This document shows positions 9,045 to 18,659 of a DNA stretch of 34,284 bases, one piece after another (the stretch's first letter is position 1; the number at the start of each line of letters is the position of its first letter). This DNA is from a virus (lineage: Duplodnaviria > Caudoviricetes). The stretch lies in the IMG/VR virus record IMGVR_UViG_3300017777_000879, positions 1-34,284 of that record; one strand, written 5' to 3'. The notes under the pieces were generated by a model. It searched no databases and had not been told where the DNA came from. It worked only from the letters and a program-made list of their open reading frames with translations. A program made the translations under genes and the position numbers.

Positions 9045-12000
9045 GGCTTAATACCGTATGCTTCAAAGGTAGTAAGTAGATGCTCCTTAATAAGACTTTG
9101 CATTTGCTTATTATCTTTTAACTCAAGCGTTTTTTCTTTAGGTGTTAGCATAGTACTTCTACGTATTTCATTAGCCTCCGTTTGTAAATCTTTAAGTGGT
9201 CCACCACTAGCTGCGTTATATACCTCTACAATATCCCTATCAAAAGGATGAATAGTAAAATATTTAAGAGCCATTTCAGGATCTTTTTCAAAGTTATTAA
9301 GCTTTCTTTGTAGTTCTTTTACTTTCTCAGCTACCTTAGTATAGTCACGAGTAACTACATCAGAGTTAGATCCAATGAAAGACCCAAGAAATGGTATATC
9401 TGTTTTAGCTACAAAGGCTTTCTTATCATCAGCTAATTGTGTAAAGCTATAAGCTAGTTCAGCTATTTTAACTATACCGTCAGCGTAACTATTAGCTAAG
9501 AAATATAAAGTGTTAGGACTAATATCTACGTTGCCCATGCCAATAAACTCATTCTCTACTAAAGCAGCAGATGCTGTTTTATATATCTCAGGGATTTTAT
9601 CGCCGCCTGTGTACGCATCACCCATAGTTCTATTACTAGCATTATAGATAGTATGACCTAAGCCATTTTTATTTATTAGCCACTCTATTACAGGGCGCAA
9701 TACACTAGGCATTATTGAATCTACAGCAAACCCTAAAGGATCATCTGCTGGTTGCATCCTAGATACTGGCAATGGCACAAAGGAATCTAGTGATATCTGG
9801 AAAGCTATATTAGACAGCGCATCTTGTAATGTATGACGACCACCTATTACAGCAGCTAGTTGAGCCCCTGCCGCAGCAAAAGCACCAAGGCCAAAACCCC
9901 AAGGTAGTTGGACTACAAAATCTTCTTCTCCACCAAAGAACTCTTTAGGTATATGGAATCTACCAAACCGCATCCATTGCTCCATACTATCATTAGCTAC
10001 AGGGTTTCTACTATCGTCCCCTTCTTCATCCCCGGCTAGCATATATGCCATCATATAGAGTGTCATACCTAAACCTACTAACCCGGCGGTAGTTAGTTGG
10101 GCGTTAAGTTTCCTTTCTGCATAATCTTTTTTAAAGTCTGCTAATGCTTTTTCATTCTTTCTAATCTTATCAGGTAGGCCAGCCACTACATTTTTTATAT
10201 CCCTAAATGCTGGAGCGGCGGCTTCAATTGCACGAACAGCGCCTGTAGCACTGGGCTTAAAGAACATGAACCATGACCCCATGCCCCTACCACGTGTACC
10301 TGTTAACTCAAAGTTAGCAAGTTCTTTAGCAAATGTAGCAGCTTTAGTGATAGCTTCCTTTAAAGTAAAACCTTGTCTTAGATACTCTTGTTTAGCAATA
10401 CTATACGCAGCAGAACGGCTAGTAAGTTCAAACATTTCAGTCCACAAATCAAGTAGTTTATTAAACTGCTCAACTGTTCTAATAATACCGGAAGCCCCCA
10501 GTTCTTTTTTTATGTCTGTATAATTAGACTTTAAAGAGATACCGTGGATATAAGATGTAGGCCCCCCAGCTTGTAAAAACTCTATTGTGTCTCTAATAGT
10601 TGGGTCTTTCTTAGCCATAGCATTCAACTCAGCCATCCTAGACTGGTTAAATAGATTCATAACCTTTGCTGATTTACGAAATGACCCCTGCAACATGACC
10701 TTAGCAACTAATAGCTGCATAAACTTAGCTGACTTTAAAGGCCCCATCTCAGCACTTATCACCCATGCATTAGTAAGAAAATCTCGTATAAAATTTAATG
10801 GTGCAAAGTTATAGTTGTAGCGCGTATGTCCTTTACCCATAAGGGTAGTTAGAGTATTCAAAAAGTTTAAATAAGGGTTAACCGCCTCAAAAGTCTTTCT
10901 AATAGAGTTCAACATCTTCTCATCTTGGATTACAAGAATATCAATACTGCCATCAGTGTTGTAGTGGAATATAGACTTCTCACCCTTCATGCTTTTAAGA
11001 AGATCACTATCACGTTGCCAAAACTCTATATGTGCTTTTACATAGCCAGTAATAAGCCCTTGCCCATTAGGATTAAGTTTACTTGCGGCTAAAGAGTTCT
11101 TTATGGCTAAAGTGTATCCTACATTACCAGCCCGCATAGCGGCGCGAGTGGCATCAGAAAGAGATTGCAGTACAGGGTTATCAGATACTGAGGACCGACC
11201 CTCTGTAGCATAAGCAGCATCCTGTAATTCTCTACCCATTTTAGTAGCATCAAAGTCTAATATTTCATCTGTTTCAGAGTTGTTTTCAAAAGATGCTTTA
11301 CCTTTAAATGGGGCATAGTTTTTATAGTCATAGAAAGCTACTCTATTGCTAACATAGTCAGACCAGTAATTAGCATGTTGATTTAATTCTCTAGTAACAT
11401 TATTTAAGTCTCGCAAGCTCTCAAGTATTTTGTCTAGTTGAGCCTTGTGTGGCGACTTCTCATAGGCTTCTAGTCTACTAGCAACAACTTCCTTAGTAGT
11501 ATGTGTCTCATCCCCAAGCCCTAGAACATTGTAGGCACTATCATCTACATCAAGAGACATCTTTACACCCTTAACCGACCTAGGGCTGCTACCAAGAGGG
11601 TCTAAATACTTTGGTTTTCCTTTAGCATTTTTTGCGTTAACTATAGTTTCTAATTCTTTGCGCAAGGATTTAGCTTGGGCGTCAGTTAATGTCTTACTAT
11701 CTAACAGTGTTATCATCTCTTTGCGCCGATCAGCAGGGCTTATATTCCCCAGTAACTTATCAGTGCTTAAAGGGACTGTTAACAGGTACTTAACAAACCT
11801 ACGTTCTGGCTCATGTAATGTCTCTAATAGTCTATGTATAACCCCTAAGGCTTCTTCTGCTGTAAGCCCTGCATCTCTAGCAAATTCCCTAACTCCTCTA
11901 TCTAGTGCTTCTGCTGGCTTACTAACATGCCCATAGAAAAAGCTCTTAGCTCTTCCTGAAGCTAATACTCCAAGCTCATATATGTTATTCATATCTAAGC

Positions 12001-15000
12001 TATCTCGTATTATTAAATTAGCAGCACTTAACTGATCGTTAAGAGTTTTTATAGGATATTTATGATTTTGATACAAGCGAGCTAGCTCTCTCCACGGGGC
12101 AATAGAAGTAAAATATTTCAGGAAAAAGCCTTTACTCTTTGGGGCTTCATTTTTACCTAGTTCATAACCCTTATTATCCCCAAATAGTCCTGTAGATCTA
12201 CCAATAGGGGGGGCTTTCTTAGGCGCACTTGCTGTTTTATGTTTACCCTTTGTCTTGGAATAAGAGATTTCTTCGCCAACTAATCCTTCAGACGGGATAG
12301 ATACAATATGGAGGATATCTTCCATAATAGTTTTAAGCAGCACAGCATCTTTATCAGTTCTAAAGCCTAATGCAGCGGCGATGCTCTTAACTATTAGCCC
12401 AAATAAGGTATCTTTTTTGTAAGCCCCGGGTACTGGGGTATTAGCTAGATCTCTTTGCAGCGATGGGTTAGAGAATACTTCAGCAATAAACTCTTTTTGG
12501 GAATCTATATTGTATTTCTTGCCAAACTTCTGCCTTGCAAATTTGTGATTCTGCGCTAACCGAATAAGTCCTGCCTTAGCTTCCCGGCGTTTTATAGGAT
12601 CAACTATAGATTTAAGATAGGCAACAGGGTTAGCTACAACGTGGTCAGTCAAATAGTGCATAACTTCATGCAGTACTAATTGGTCCAGCTTGCGCTTACC
12701 TACATATGCCCCTTCAAACCCAGCTAAGGTTATAGTATTAGTAGCTGGATCAAACTTACCATCATTGCGACCTTCGACAGCGCCAAATACAACCTTAACA
12801 TTAACCCCTAGGTTCTTTAACGCCTTTAATAGATTCCTAGCTATAACCCCTGTAATAGAGTCGTTTAACTTAGAATCTAATTGTTCTAATACAGCTAGTA
12901 GGTCCTTAGCATCATTAACAGCTGTTTCAATGTTCCTTACTAGCTTGCTCTTTTCTTCAGCAGTAGTCTTTATTGATTCTTTAGCTACAGTTTCCCCTTC
13001 TTTTTCTTCACGAGCTACTGGGCGCTTTTGCTCTTCTCTGGCTTTTTCTGCTGCTACCTTTATGTCTTTAATATCTTTTGTTGTTTGTTCCTTTTCAGAT
13101 AATTTAGGGGCTGCAGCTTTACGTACATCCCCCTCTGCTTCCATCTGCTTAGATAGGGCAATTGCTTCTTCCTCTACAGCAGCCTTTCTTTCAAGCTCTT
13201 CTTTTCTACGCTTTCTTGATCTATCCCCAGACTCTACCTTCTTTCCTTTTTCTGAAGTAGTAAGAACTTCCTGCCTAAAAGCTGCATCTGCAGTTCTACG
13301 CACATGATTTTGTATCTCAGCAGGCAACCCAGCAACAAACTCTTCTCTATTTTTAGCTGCTACAGCCCGTGTTTTACCACCCTTATTAGTATATGAAGTT
13401 TTATCTGCATGTTTCATATATAGATCTACAAGCTCTTGCTCTGACATAAATTCTAATGGAGAGCTTATATCGGCTGTAATTTTAATTCTAGAAACGGCGG
13501 CTTTTATTTCATTAGGATTTTTACCCTGCGCCTGCATTTCTCTTTTTAAAGCCTCACGTTTAGCTACTTGTGCAGCTATATAACTTTCTGCAAGTGCTTT
13601 TAATTCTGGTTCAACCCCATTCTTTACAGCTACTGTATCAAATAGATCAAAAGCCTGTTCATGCCCAGCATGTATTACAGCCTTTCCGGGGGTAAGAGGA
13701 GCTGCCTGCCCATAATGCCCTACGTCGTTTATATAACTTAACGCCCCTGCTGTAGTAGGCATAGCTATTTTTTCGTTAAGCGCTTTTTCTTCAGCTAGTC
13801 GTTTTTCTTTATCAGCTTCTAATCTCTTAGCCTCTACTGCATCCAGTCTTTCTTGCTCTTTATCCTCTACCTTTACTTGAGGCTCTACCTTCTTTGGAGC
13901 TTCTTCTTTTATCTTATCCTCTGTAGTTAAACCCAGATCTTCTTCTTGTTCTTTTTTTATCTGTTGTTTTTCTAACTCATCTTTAGTTAATGTACTTTGT
14001 CCTAGAGCCTTTGCGCGTAACTTATCTACTACTGAATTAGGCGTATCTTGAGCAGTAACTTTTATACCATTATCAGCAGCTATCTTTTTAAGGTTATTTG
14101 TCATCATAGCTGGAACCCCTCCAGCATCTACAGAAGCTAGTAAACTATTTGCCTCTGGGGTTAATGCACTTGATTCTTGTCCTGTGCCTGTGACAGTTCC
14201 TGTAGTTGTGCCGTCAGTAGATTCGCTAGTAGTTCCCACTGTCGCCGTGTCAGTACCCTTAGTTTCTTCAGTCTTGGAGGTCGTTGGAAGTACAGACTCT
14301 CCCATGCCCGTGTCAGTTCGTGATTGGTCAGCTGTAGATTCATTTTTTTCTCCCTGTGCAACTAAACTAGCCTCAAGAGCATCTATCTCTGCTTTAAGTT
14401 TTACTTGCGCCCCGTTTTTATTATCTATCCATTTTTTACCGTTCTTAGTTCCTACAGTAGCAATTTCATTTGCCCGTTCATCATACTTTGCTTTTAATAC
14501 ATCTAACTCAGGGCTAGATATAGATGGGGGCTCAATAGTATCTTCAGCAGTAGTCCCAGTAGTAGTCCCAGTAGTACCATCAGGGGATACAAAAACTGGG
14601 TTGCCACTGGCATCAACAGTTGACTGCATCTTTGCATCGAAGTCTTTATCAGGAGGAGGTGGGACTTGTTCCTCTTTACCTAACCCTGTAAATATCTTAG
14701 ATTCTTCTTCCGCAGCTTTCTTTGCATCGGGGGTTTCTTCTTTTACTTCTCTATCACCAATCCCACTGACTGCGCCCGTTATGCCTGAGATACCACCACC
14801 GCCTACAGCCCCGCGAACACCGGACTCTATTAAACGATTGAATTCTTTGCTTCCCCATACGTCTTTATTCTCCCCAACAAATTTTTCAGCCGCAATACTA
14901 ATGGCTTCTTGTGTTGCTTCTGTAGGTCCTTCAGTTAATGCACCAGTAGCCCCGCCAGCTACAGCTGATCTAACTATACCCGGTTGCATACCTGACTTCT

Positions 15001-15688
15001 CTAAGATCTTTTCTATAACACCCGTCTTCATACCGGGAGTAAATTGCTTTAGGATATATGCAGGAAGGATTGCATCAAGTGCAGCAGAGACAGACCCAGC
15101 TAATAGCGAAGCCCCCGGGGCCATCTTCCCAGTTTCTTCATGTATGTTCTGGAATATCTCAGGGGCGTTCAGCGCGTATGAACCTAGGAAAGCACCGCCA
15201 AGTTGCCCCTTACCTACAGCAGCAGTGCGAGCAGCACCAGCCAACCCTCTAGCAGCCAGCATCCCACCACCTACCCCGGGTACTAAAGCCGTTGCTATAT
15301 TAGGTATTTGTTCAGCTATAGTTTCAGCAGCAAATGGGAGGTAATCACTAGGGCCTTTAACATCGCCTAGCGTTGGATATCGTGCTGCGTAATTCTCTTG
15401 AATGTCTTTCTGAGTGGCTGCTGCTTCACCCATCTGTTGGTTAGCATAGTCATTATTCCCAACAATATTACCCGCCATAGCAGGTAGCACATCACCTAGT
15501 AGTGACCCAGTTTGTTTAGCCCCGCGTATAACCGCGTTGCTCATCATCTTACCAAACCCGGGGGCTTCTTTAGGCTGAGTATCTAAACCCGCAAGTAAAT
15601 CCCGCCCTTCGGATGGAGCATCTAAATGGGCAAGTAAATCCCGACCCCCGGATGGAGCATCTAAATGAGCAAGTAAGTCACGGGCCAT
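9041..15688 (-). CDS. Giant internal-virion/ejection protein (polyvalent protein with a zincin metallopeptidase and a C-terminal LPD38-like region)
   Basis: 2215 aa, last gene of the virion operon; Gly/Ala-rich N-terminal region; LVLHEVMH...EFIAEVFSNP; C-terminal VQLPWGFGLG...P..RPVIEW..NKNGLG. Confidence 0.8.
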   Translation of the reverse strand: MARDLLAHLDAPSGGRDLLAHLDAPSEGRDLLAGLDTQPKEAPGFGKMMSNAVIRGAKQTGSLLGDVLPAMAGNIVGNNDYANQQMGEAAATQKDIQENYAARYPTLGDVKGPSDYLPFAAETIAEQIPNIATALVPGVGGGMLAARGLAGAARTAAVGKGQLGGAFLGSYALNAPEIFQNIHEETGKMAPGASLLAGSVSAALDAILPAYILKQFTPGMKTGVIEKILEKSGMQPGIVRSAVAGGATGALTEGPTEATQEAISIAAEKFVGENKDVWGSKEFNRLIESGVRGAVGGGGISGITGAVSGIGDREVKEETPDAKKAAEEESKIFTGLGKEEQVPPPPDKDFDAKMQSTVDASGNPVFVSPDGTTGTTTGTTAEDTIEPPSISSPELDVLKAKYDERANEIATVGTKNGKKWIDNKNGAQVKLKAEIDALEASLVAQGEKNESTADQSRTDTGMGESVLPTTSKTEETKGTDTATVGTTSESTDGTTTGTVTGTGQESSALTPEANSLLASVDAGGVPAMMTNNLKKIAADNGIKVTAQDTPNSVVDKLRAKALGQSTLTKDELEKQQIKKEQEEDLGLTTEDKIKEEAPKKVEPQVKVEDKEQERLDAVEAKRLEADKEKRLAEEKALNEKIAMPTTAGALSYINDVGHYGQAAPLTPGKAVIHAGHEQAFDLFDTVAVKNGVEPELKALAESYIAAQVAKREALKREMQAQGKNPNEIKAAVSRIKITADISSPLEFMSEQELVDLYMKHADKTSYTNKGGKTRAVAAKNREEFVAGLPAEIQNHVRRTADAAFRQEVLTTSEKGKKVESGDRSRKRRKEELERKAAVEEEAIALSKQMEAEGDVRKAAAPKLSEKEQTTKDIKDIKVAAEKAREEQKRPVAREEKEGETVAKESIKTTAEEKSKLVRNIETAVNDAKDLLAVLEQLDSKLNDSITGVIARNLLKALKNLGVNVKVVFGAVEGRNDGKFDPATNTITLAGFEGAYVGKRKLDQLVLHEVMHYLTDHVVANPVAYLKSIVDPIKRREAKAGLIRLAQNHKFARQKFGKKYNIDSQKEFIAEVFSNPSLQRDLANTPVPGAYKKDTLFGLIVKSIAAALGFRTDKDAVLLKTIMEDILHIVSIPSEGLVGEEISYSKTKGKHKTASAPKKAPPIGRSTGLFGDNKGYELGKNEAPKSKGFFLKYFTSIAPWRELARLYQNHKYPIKTLNDQLSAANLIIRDSLDMNNIYELGVLASGRAKSFFYGHVSKPAEALDRGVREFARDAGLTAEEALGVIHRLLETLHEPERRFVKYLLTVPLSTDKLLGNISPADRRKEMITLLDSKTLTDAQAKSLRKELETIVNAKNAKGKPKYLDPLGSSPRSVKGVKMSLDVDDSAYNVLGLGDETHTTKEVVASRLEAYEKSPHKAQLDKILESLRDLNNVTRELNQHANYWSDYVSNRVAFYDYKNYAPFKGKASFENNSETDEILDFDATKMGRELQDAAYATEGRSSVSDNPVLQSLSDATRAAMRAGNVGYTLAIKNSLAASKLNPNGQGLITGYVKAHIEFWQRDSDLLKSMKGEKSIFHYNTDGSIDILVIQDEKMLNSIRKTFEAVNPYLNFLNTLTTLMGKGHTRYNYNFAPLNFIRDFLTNAWVISAEMGPLKSAKFMQLLVAKVMLQGSFRKSAKVMNLFNQSRMAELNAMAKKDPTIRDTIEFLQAGGPTSYIHGISLKSNYTDIKKELGASGIIRTVEQFNKLLDLWTEMFELTSRSAAYSIAKQEYLRQGFTLKEAITKAATFAKELANFELTGTRGRGMGSWFMFFKPSATGAVRAIEAAAPAFRDIKNVVAGLPDKIRKNEKALADFKKDYAERKLNAQLTTAGLVGLGMTLYMMAYMLAGDEEGDDSRNPVANDSMEQWMRFGRFHIPKEFFGGEEDFVVQLPWGFGLGAFAAAGAQLAAVIGGRHTLQDALSNIAFQISLDSFVPLPVSRMQPADDPLGFAVDSIMPSVLRPVIEWLINKNGLGHTIYNASNRTMGDAYTGGDKIPEIYKTASAALVENEFIGMGNVDISPNTLYFLANSYADGIVKIAELAYSFTQLADDKKAFVAKTDIPFLGSFIGSNSDVVTRDYTKVAEKVKELQRKLNNFEKDPEMALKYFTIHPFDRDIVEVYNAASGGPLKDLQTEANEIRRSTMLTPKEKTLELKDNKQMQSLIKEHLLTTFEAYGIKP
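14161..14343 (-). CDS. Candidate overprinted 60-aa gene in the +1 frame of the giant ejection gene
   Basis: SD CAGGGAG, 6-nt A spacer, ATG; helical Leu/Trp-patterned peptide; the host frame here is a low-complexity linker. Confidence 0.55.
   Translation of the reverse strand: MNLQLTNHELTRAWESLYFQRPPRLKKLRVLTRRQWELLANLLTAQLQELSQAQDKNQVH
15591..15685 (-). repeat. About 2.5-3 copies of a 39-bp tandem repeat encoding (G)RDLLAHLDAPS
   Basis: gcaagtaaatcccg..ggatggagcatctaaatg repeats with a 39-bp period. Confidence 0.9.
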
Positions 15689-17634
15689 TATTGTATACCT
15701 AGCTGTTGCCTAACTTGAGCCTCGGTTATACCACGTAGTTTAGCAGTATAGGCTATATCTGCAGCGGAGTAATTAGCTTTACTAGGCGCTGTACTAGGCG
15801 CTGTACTAGGCGCTGGTGAACCAGCTGGAGTTCCATAAGGAGGCTTCTCACCCGCACGTATATGAGCACTATCAACCTGTCTTTGGGCAGCAAGAATTTG
15901 ATTATTTCTAGGTGTAGGCGTTGGGTCAGGCTTTAAAACAGCCGTTCTATTAATAGCTATATACTCTTTAGAGTCTAAAAACTTTCGTGCTTCTAATGCA
16001 TTAGCCCCTTCAGGTCTAAGACTTCCATATATTTCTCTCTGTGTAGCATCGTGACCTTGGCCTACTAATATAGCAGTATCACTTACTAATTTAGCCCGCT
16101 TCTCTTCACTCTGTCTACCTAAATAGTTATCGTACATCTTATAGGCATTGTCTCTATCACCCTTATCCATAGTTGCTTGGAATTTTCTAAGGTCCGTCAG
16201 GTCTCTATTATCCTCACGACTTAGTTTGTCTTTTCTTTGAATCTCTTGTATTTGCGCTGCTGCTCCAGTTTTTAAAGCATTACCTATATTAACCATAGCA
16301 TATTGAGAAGTACCAGCCATCATTTCTGCCCCAACTAATATTGGCAACAGCCCATACTTAAACTTGTTATCGCTGTCTTTGTCCGCATCCATGCGCTGCT
16401 TAATTTTATTAGTAAACTCACTAAATATATCTTTATCAGGATTTGATTTTTGTATGTCAGATAACATTGACTCATAGGTAGGTACAACTTCTTGCTTATT
16501 ATCTTTTGATAGCCCTCCTAACCCTAAGTCTTTCTTAGTTAGTTCTGTAGCAGTTTTCTTTGGTGTAGCTGGTTTTCGGTTCTCTAATCCCTCAGCAGCT
16601 AACCTGTTGTACTCAGCCATTGTTATAGCTGGTTTCTTACCGCCGGGGGTAGGGGTAGAGGTAGGGGCAGCTGGTGTAGTAGCTGTTGGTAAAGTATCTA
16701 ATCCACCTTGTTTACCTTGCTTACTATAAAAGTCCGCAATCGCTTGTTGTTGTTCTGGAGAAAAGGCAGTAGGCGCTGTAGGAGAAGTAGCGGGCGCACC
16801 TTGTCTATTATAAGCATCTGCAATCCCTTGTTGTTGCGCTGGAGCAAAAGCAGTAGGCCGTGTAGGATTTTGCGCTGCCCTAGCTCTATCCATCATAGCT
16901 GCCATTTCTGGAGGAACTCCCTGAGGTGCCGTAGGACCTTCAGATACTGGCGGGGCTACATTATACATAGACCTTGTACGGGCAACTGCCTCTGCATTAG
17001 GATCTACCCCTTGTGATTGACCCAATGCTTGCATCTGCTCTGGAGAAAACGCCTCAGGTGCTTGAGGATTTTGCCTTCTCCTAACCTCATCAATCATAGC
17101 ATTCATTTCAGGTGAGGATATTCCATCCCCCGCTGGAGAAACATATTCGCTAGGAAATCTATACCCAGTTTGTGATGCACCCCACTCAGCTAATGCTCTT
17201 GCTTTTGCCTCGGCAGCTTTCTTTACTAACTTTTTGTGTTCGGCAGAGTCATGCATATCACCCCTACCAGACATATCACCGCCATGAGCAAACGACACCA
17301 TACCACCACCAGCAGCGTGGAAAGTATCAGAGCTTATAGGTAGTGAAGATAACCCTGCTTCTGGTTCTGCTTTAGCTAGGACATTCGCAGCTACTGTAGG
17401 CTGTGGACCTTGCGCACCTTGTGCACCTTGCATTTGTTGTGCCTGACCCTTAGCAGCAGTCCGAGCTTGTATAGCCATGATAGCGTATACCTGTGGGTAG
17501 TTAGGATCACCTCCCATTGCAGCCCTTTTCAGCACTTCATCTACACGTGGATCATGAAGCGTACTAAGGTCAGTGTATTTCTTGTACATTACCTCAGGAG
17601 AAGGGGTGCTAATAGGTGTCATTGATGATTGCAT
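15688..17634 (-). CDS. Internal virion/ejection protein
   Basis: 648 aa, Q/P/A-rich; AAGGGMVSFAHGG motif; GAEMMAGTSQYAMVNIG hydrophobic hairpin; between two other ejection genes. Confidence 0.7.
   Translation of the reverse strand: MQSSMTPISTPSPEVMYKKYTDLSTLHDPRVDEVLKRAAMGGDPNYPQVYAIMAIQARTAAKGQAQQMQGAQGAQGPQPTVAANVLAKAEPEAGLSSLPISSDTFHAAGGGMVSFAHGGDMSGRGDMHDSAEHKKLVKKAAEAKARALAEWGASQTGYRFPSEYVSPAGDGISSPEMNAMIDEVRRRQNPQAPEAFSPEQMQALGQSQGVDPNAEAVARTRSMYNVAPPVSEGPTAPQGVPPEMAAMMDRARAAQNPTRPTAFAPAQQQGIADAYNRQGAPATSPTAPTAFSPEQQQAIADFYSKQGKQGGLDTLPTATTPAAPTSTPTPGGKKPAITMAEYNRLAAEGLENRKPATPKKTATELTKKDLGLGGLSKDNKQEVVPTYESMLSDIQKSNPDKDIFSEFTNKIKQRMDADKDSDNKFKYGLLPILVGAEMMAGTSQYAMVNIGNALKTGAAAQIQEIQRKDKLSREDNRDLTDLRKFQATMDKGDRDNAYKMYDNYLGRQSEEKRAKLVSDTAILVGQGHDATQREIYGSLRPEGANALEARKFLDSKEYIAINRTAVLKPDPTPTPRNNQILAAQRQVDSAHIRAGEKPPYGTPAGSPAPSTAPSTAPSKANYSAADIAYTAKLRGITEAQVRQQLGIQ
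15781..15815 (-). repeat. Three copies of a 12-bp tandem repeat (APST linker)
   Basis: actaggcgctgt x3, last copy imperfect. Confidence 0.85.
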
Positions 17635-17642
17635 AATTGCTC

Positions 17643-18656
17643 CTAGGAGGATTTACCAAGCGCCTGCGCTACACCCAAACCTGCTAACCCCAAACCTGCT
17701 GCCTGACTTGTCAGACTTGGTGCTGCGCCATACTCTGTAGTTGCTGACTGGGATAGAGGGCCACCACGCAGTAAGTCAGACATAAACCCAATCTGTTTAT
17801 ATGGGTAGTTCATTTGGTTTTGGTAGTTTTCATACCCAATATTCTTCAGTTCTTGTTCTCTAGCTGCTTTCGTAGCACCGGCAGTCTGCATGGCATTGTT
17901 TATACCCATCTTCTGACCATACTCAGTCTGCCCCAACTGCCCTAGTGTATTAGCTGCGCCAATGGCTTGTTGGTATCCTTGTAGATTTGCCGTAGTACCA
18001 AACTGTTGTGCCTGACGAGCAGCATCATAAGCAGCCTGTGAACCTTGTGCGGCTGTCTGTGCTTGGGTAAAGCCAAGATTCCTAGTGCCTTCTGATTGAG
18101 CTAGCGCCTGCCTGTTTCCACCAAATGCACGTTGTCCTGTAGCTTGTGCTTGCTGTGCTTGCAGTTGAATACCATAGTTTCTAGCATTCTGATCTTGTTG
18201 GAACTGGACTACATTCTTCATGTAGGGGTTCATGTATGCAGCCATTGAATTAGGGTCAGTAGCCATATTTTGATAGTTCTGCCCTGCCATCAACGACCCA
18301 ACACCGCCAGCGGTAGCCATGTTAGTCCCAGCACCCAACTGCGATGATGGTGTCATAGAACTAATATTATCCCACGCTTGTGTTTGCATAGGATCAAACC
18401 CAGCTACTCTGGCATTAGGGTCCCCTTCTTTGTACATCTTGTAGGGGTTTTTGCTTATGTCAGTCAGTGCTTCAGTAGTGCCAAGCAGTCGTTCCATGTA
18501 CGGCCTAGCGTACTCAGGGATTGTAACTTGTGATGAAGATGTACTAGTAGGTTGAGGTGATTGTCCGCCACCCCCATGAAGTCGCATCTTGCCGCCCTCT
18601 TTCTTAAAAGCATCTAGGGGTAGCAGCCCATCAAAATCTACATTGTGATTACTCAT
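17643..18656 (-). CDS. Internal virion / DNA pilot-like ejection protein
   Basis: GGGG then S/T-rich, IPEYARPY, YMNPY, AFGGNRQAL, Q/A-rich coiled coil, C-terminal GLGLAGLG. Confidence 0.72.
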   Translation of the reverse strand: MSNHNVDFDGLLPLDAFKKEGGKMRLHGGGGQSPQPTSTSSSQVTIPEYARPYMERLLGTTEALTDISKNPYKMYKEGDPNARVAGFDPMQTQAWDNISSMTPSSQLGAGTNMATAGGVGSLMAGQNYQNMATDPNSMAAYMNPYMKNVVQFQQDQNARNYGIQLQAQQAQATGQRAFGGNRQALAQSEGTRNLGFTQAQTAAQGSQAAYDAARQAQQFGTTANLQGYQQAIGAANTLGQLGQTEYGQKMGINNAMQTAGATKAAREQELKNIGYENYQNQMNYPYKQIGFMSDLLRGGPLSQSATTEYGAAPSLTSQAAGLGLAGLGVAQALGKSS

Positions 18657-18659
18657 ATA

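Noticed and set aside
14340-14356. -1 frameshift at A-AAA-AAT as the route into the nested ORF
   Set aside because: The nested ORF is in the +1 frame, so a -1 slip would not enter it. Internal initiation at the SD-ATG fits better.
14184-15344. 386-aa + strand ORF, and other antisense ORFs such as 12690-13307, 27822-28385, 31933-32334 and 7471-7917
   Set aside because: These are antisense shadows of well-supported genes, with S/P/V-rich composition mirroring the sense codons and no SD or motifs.
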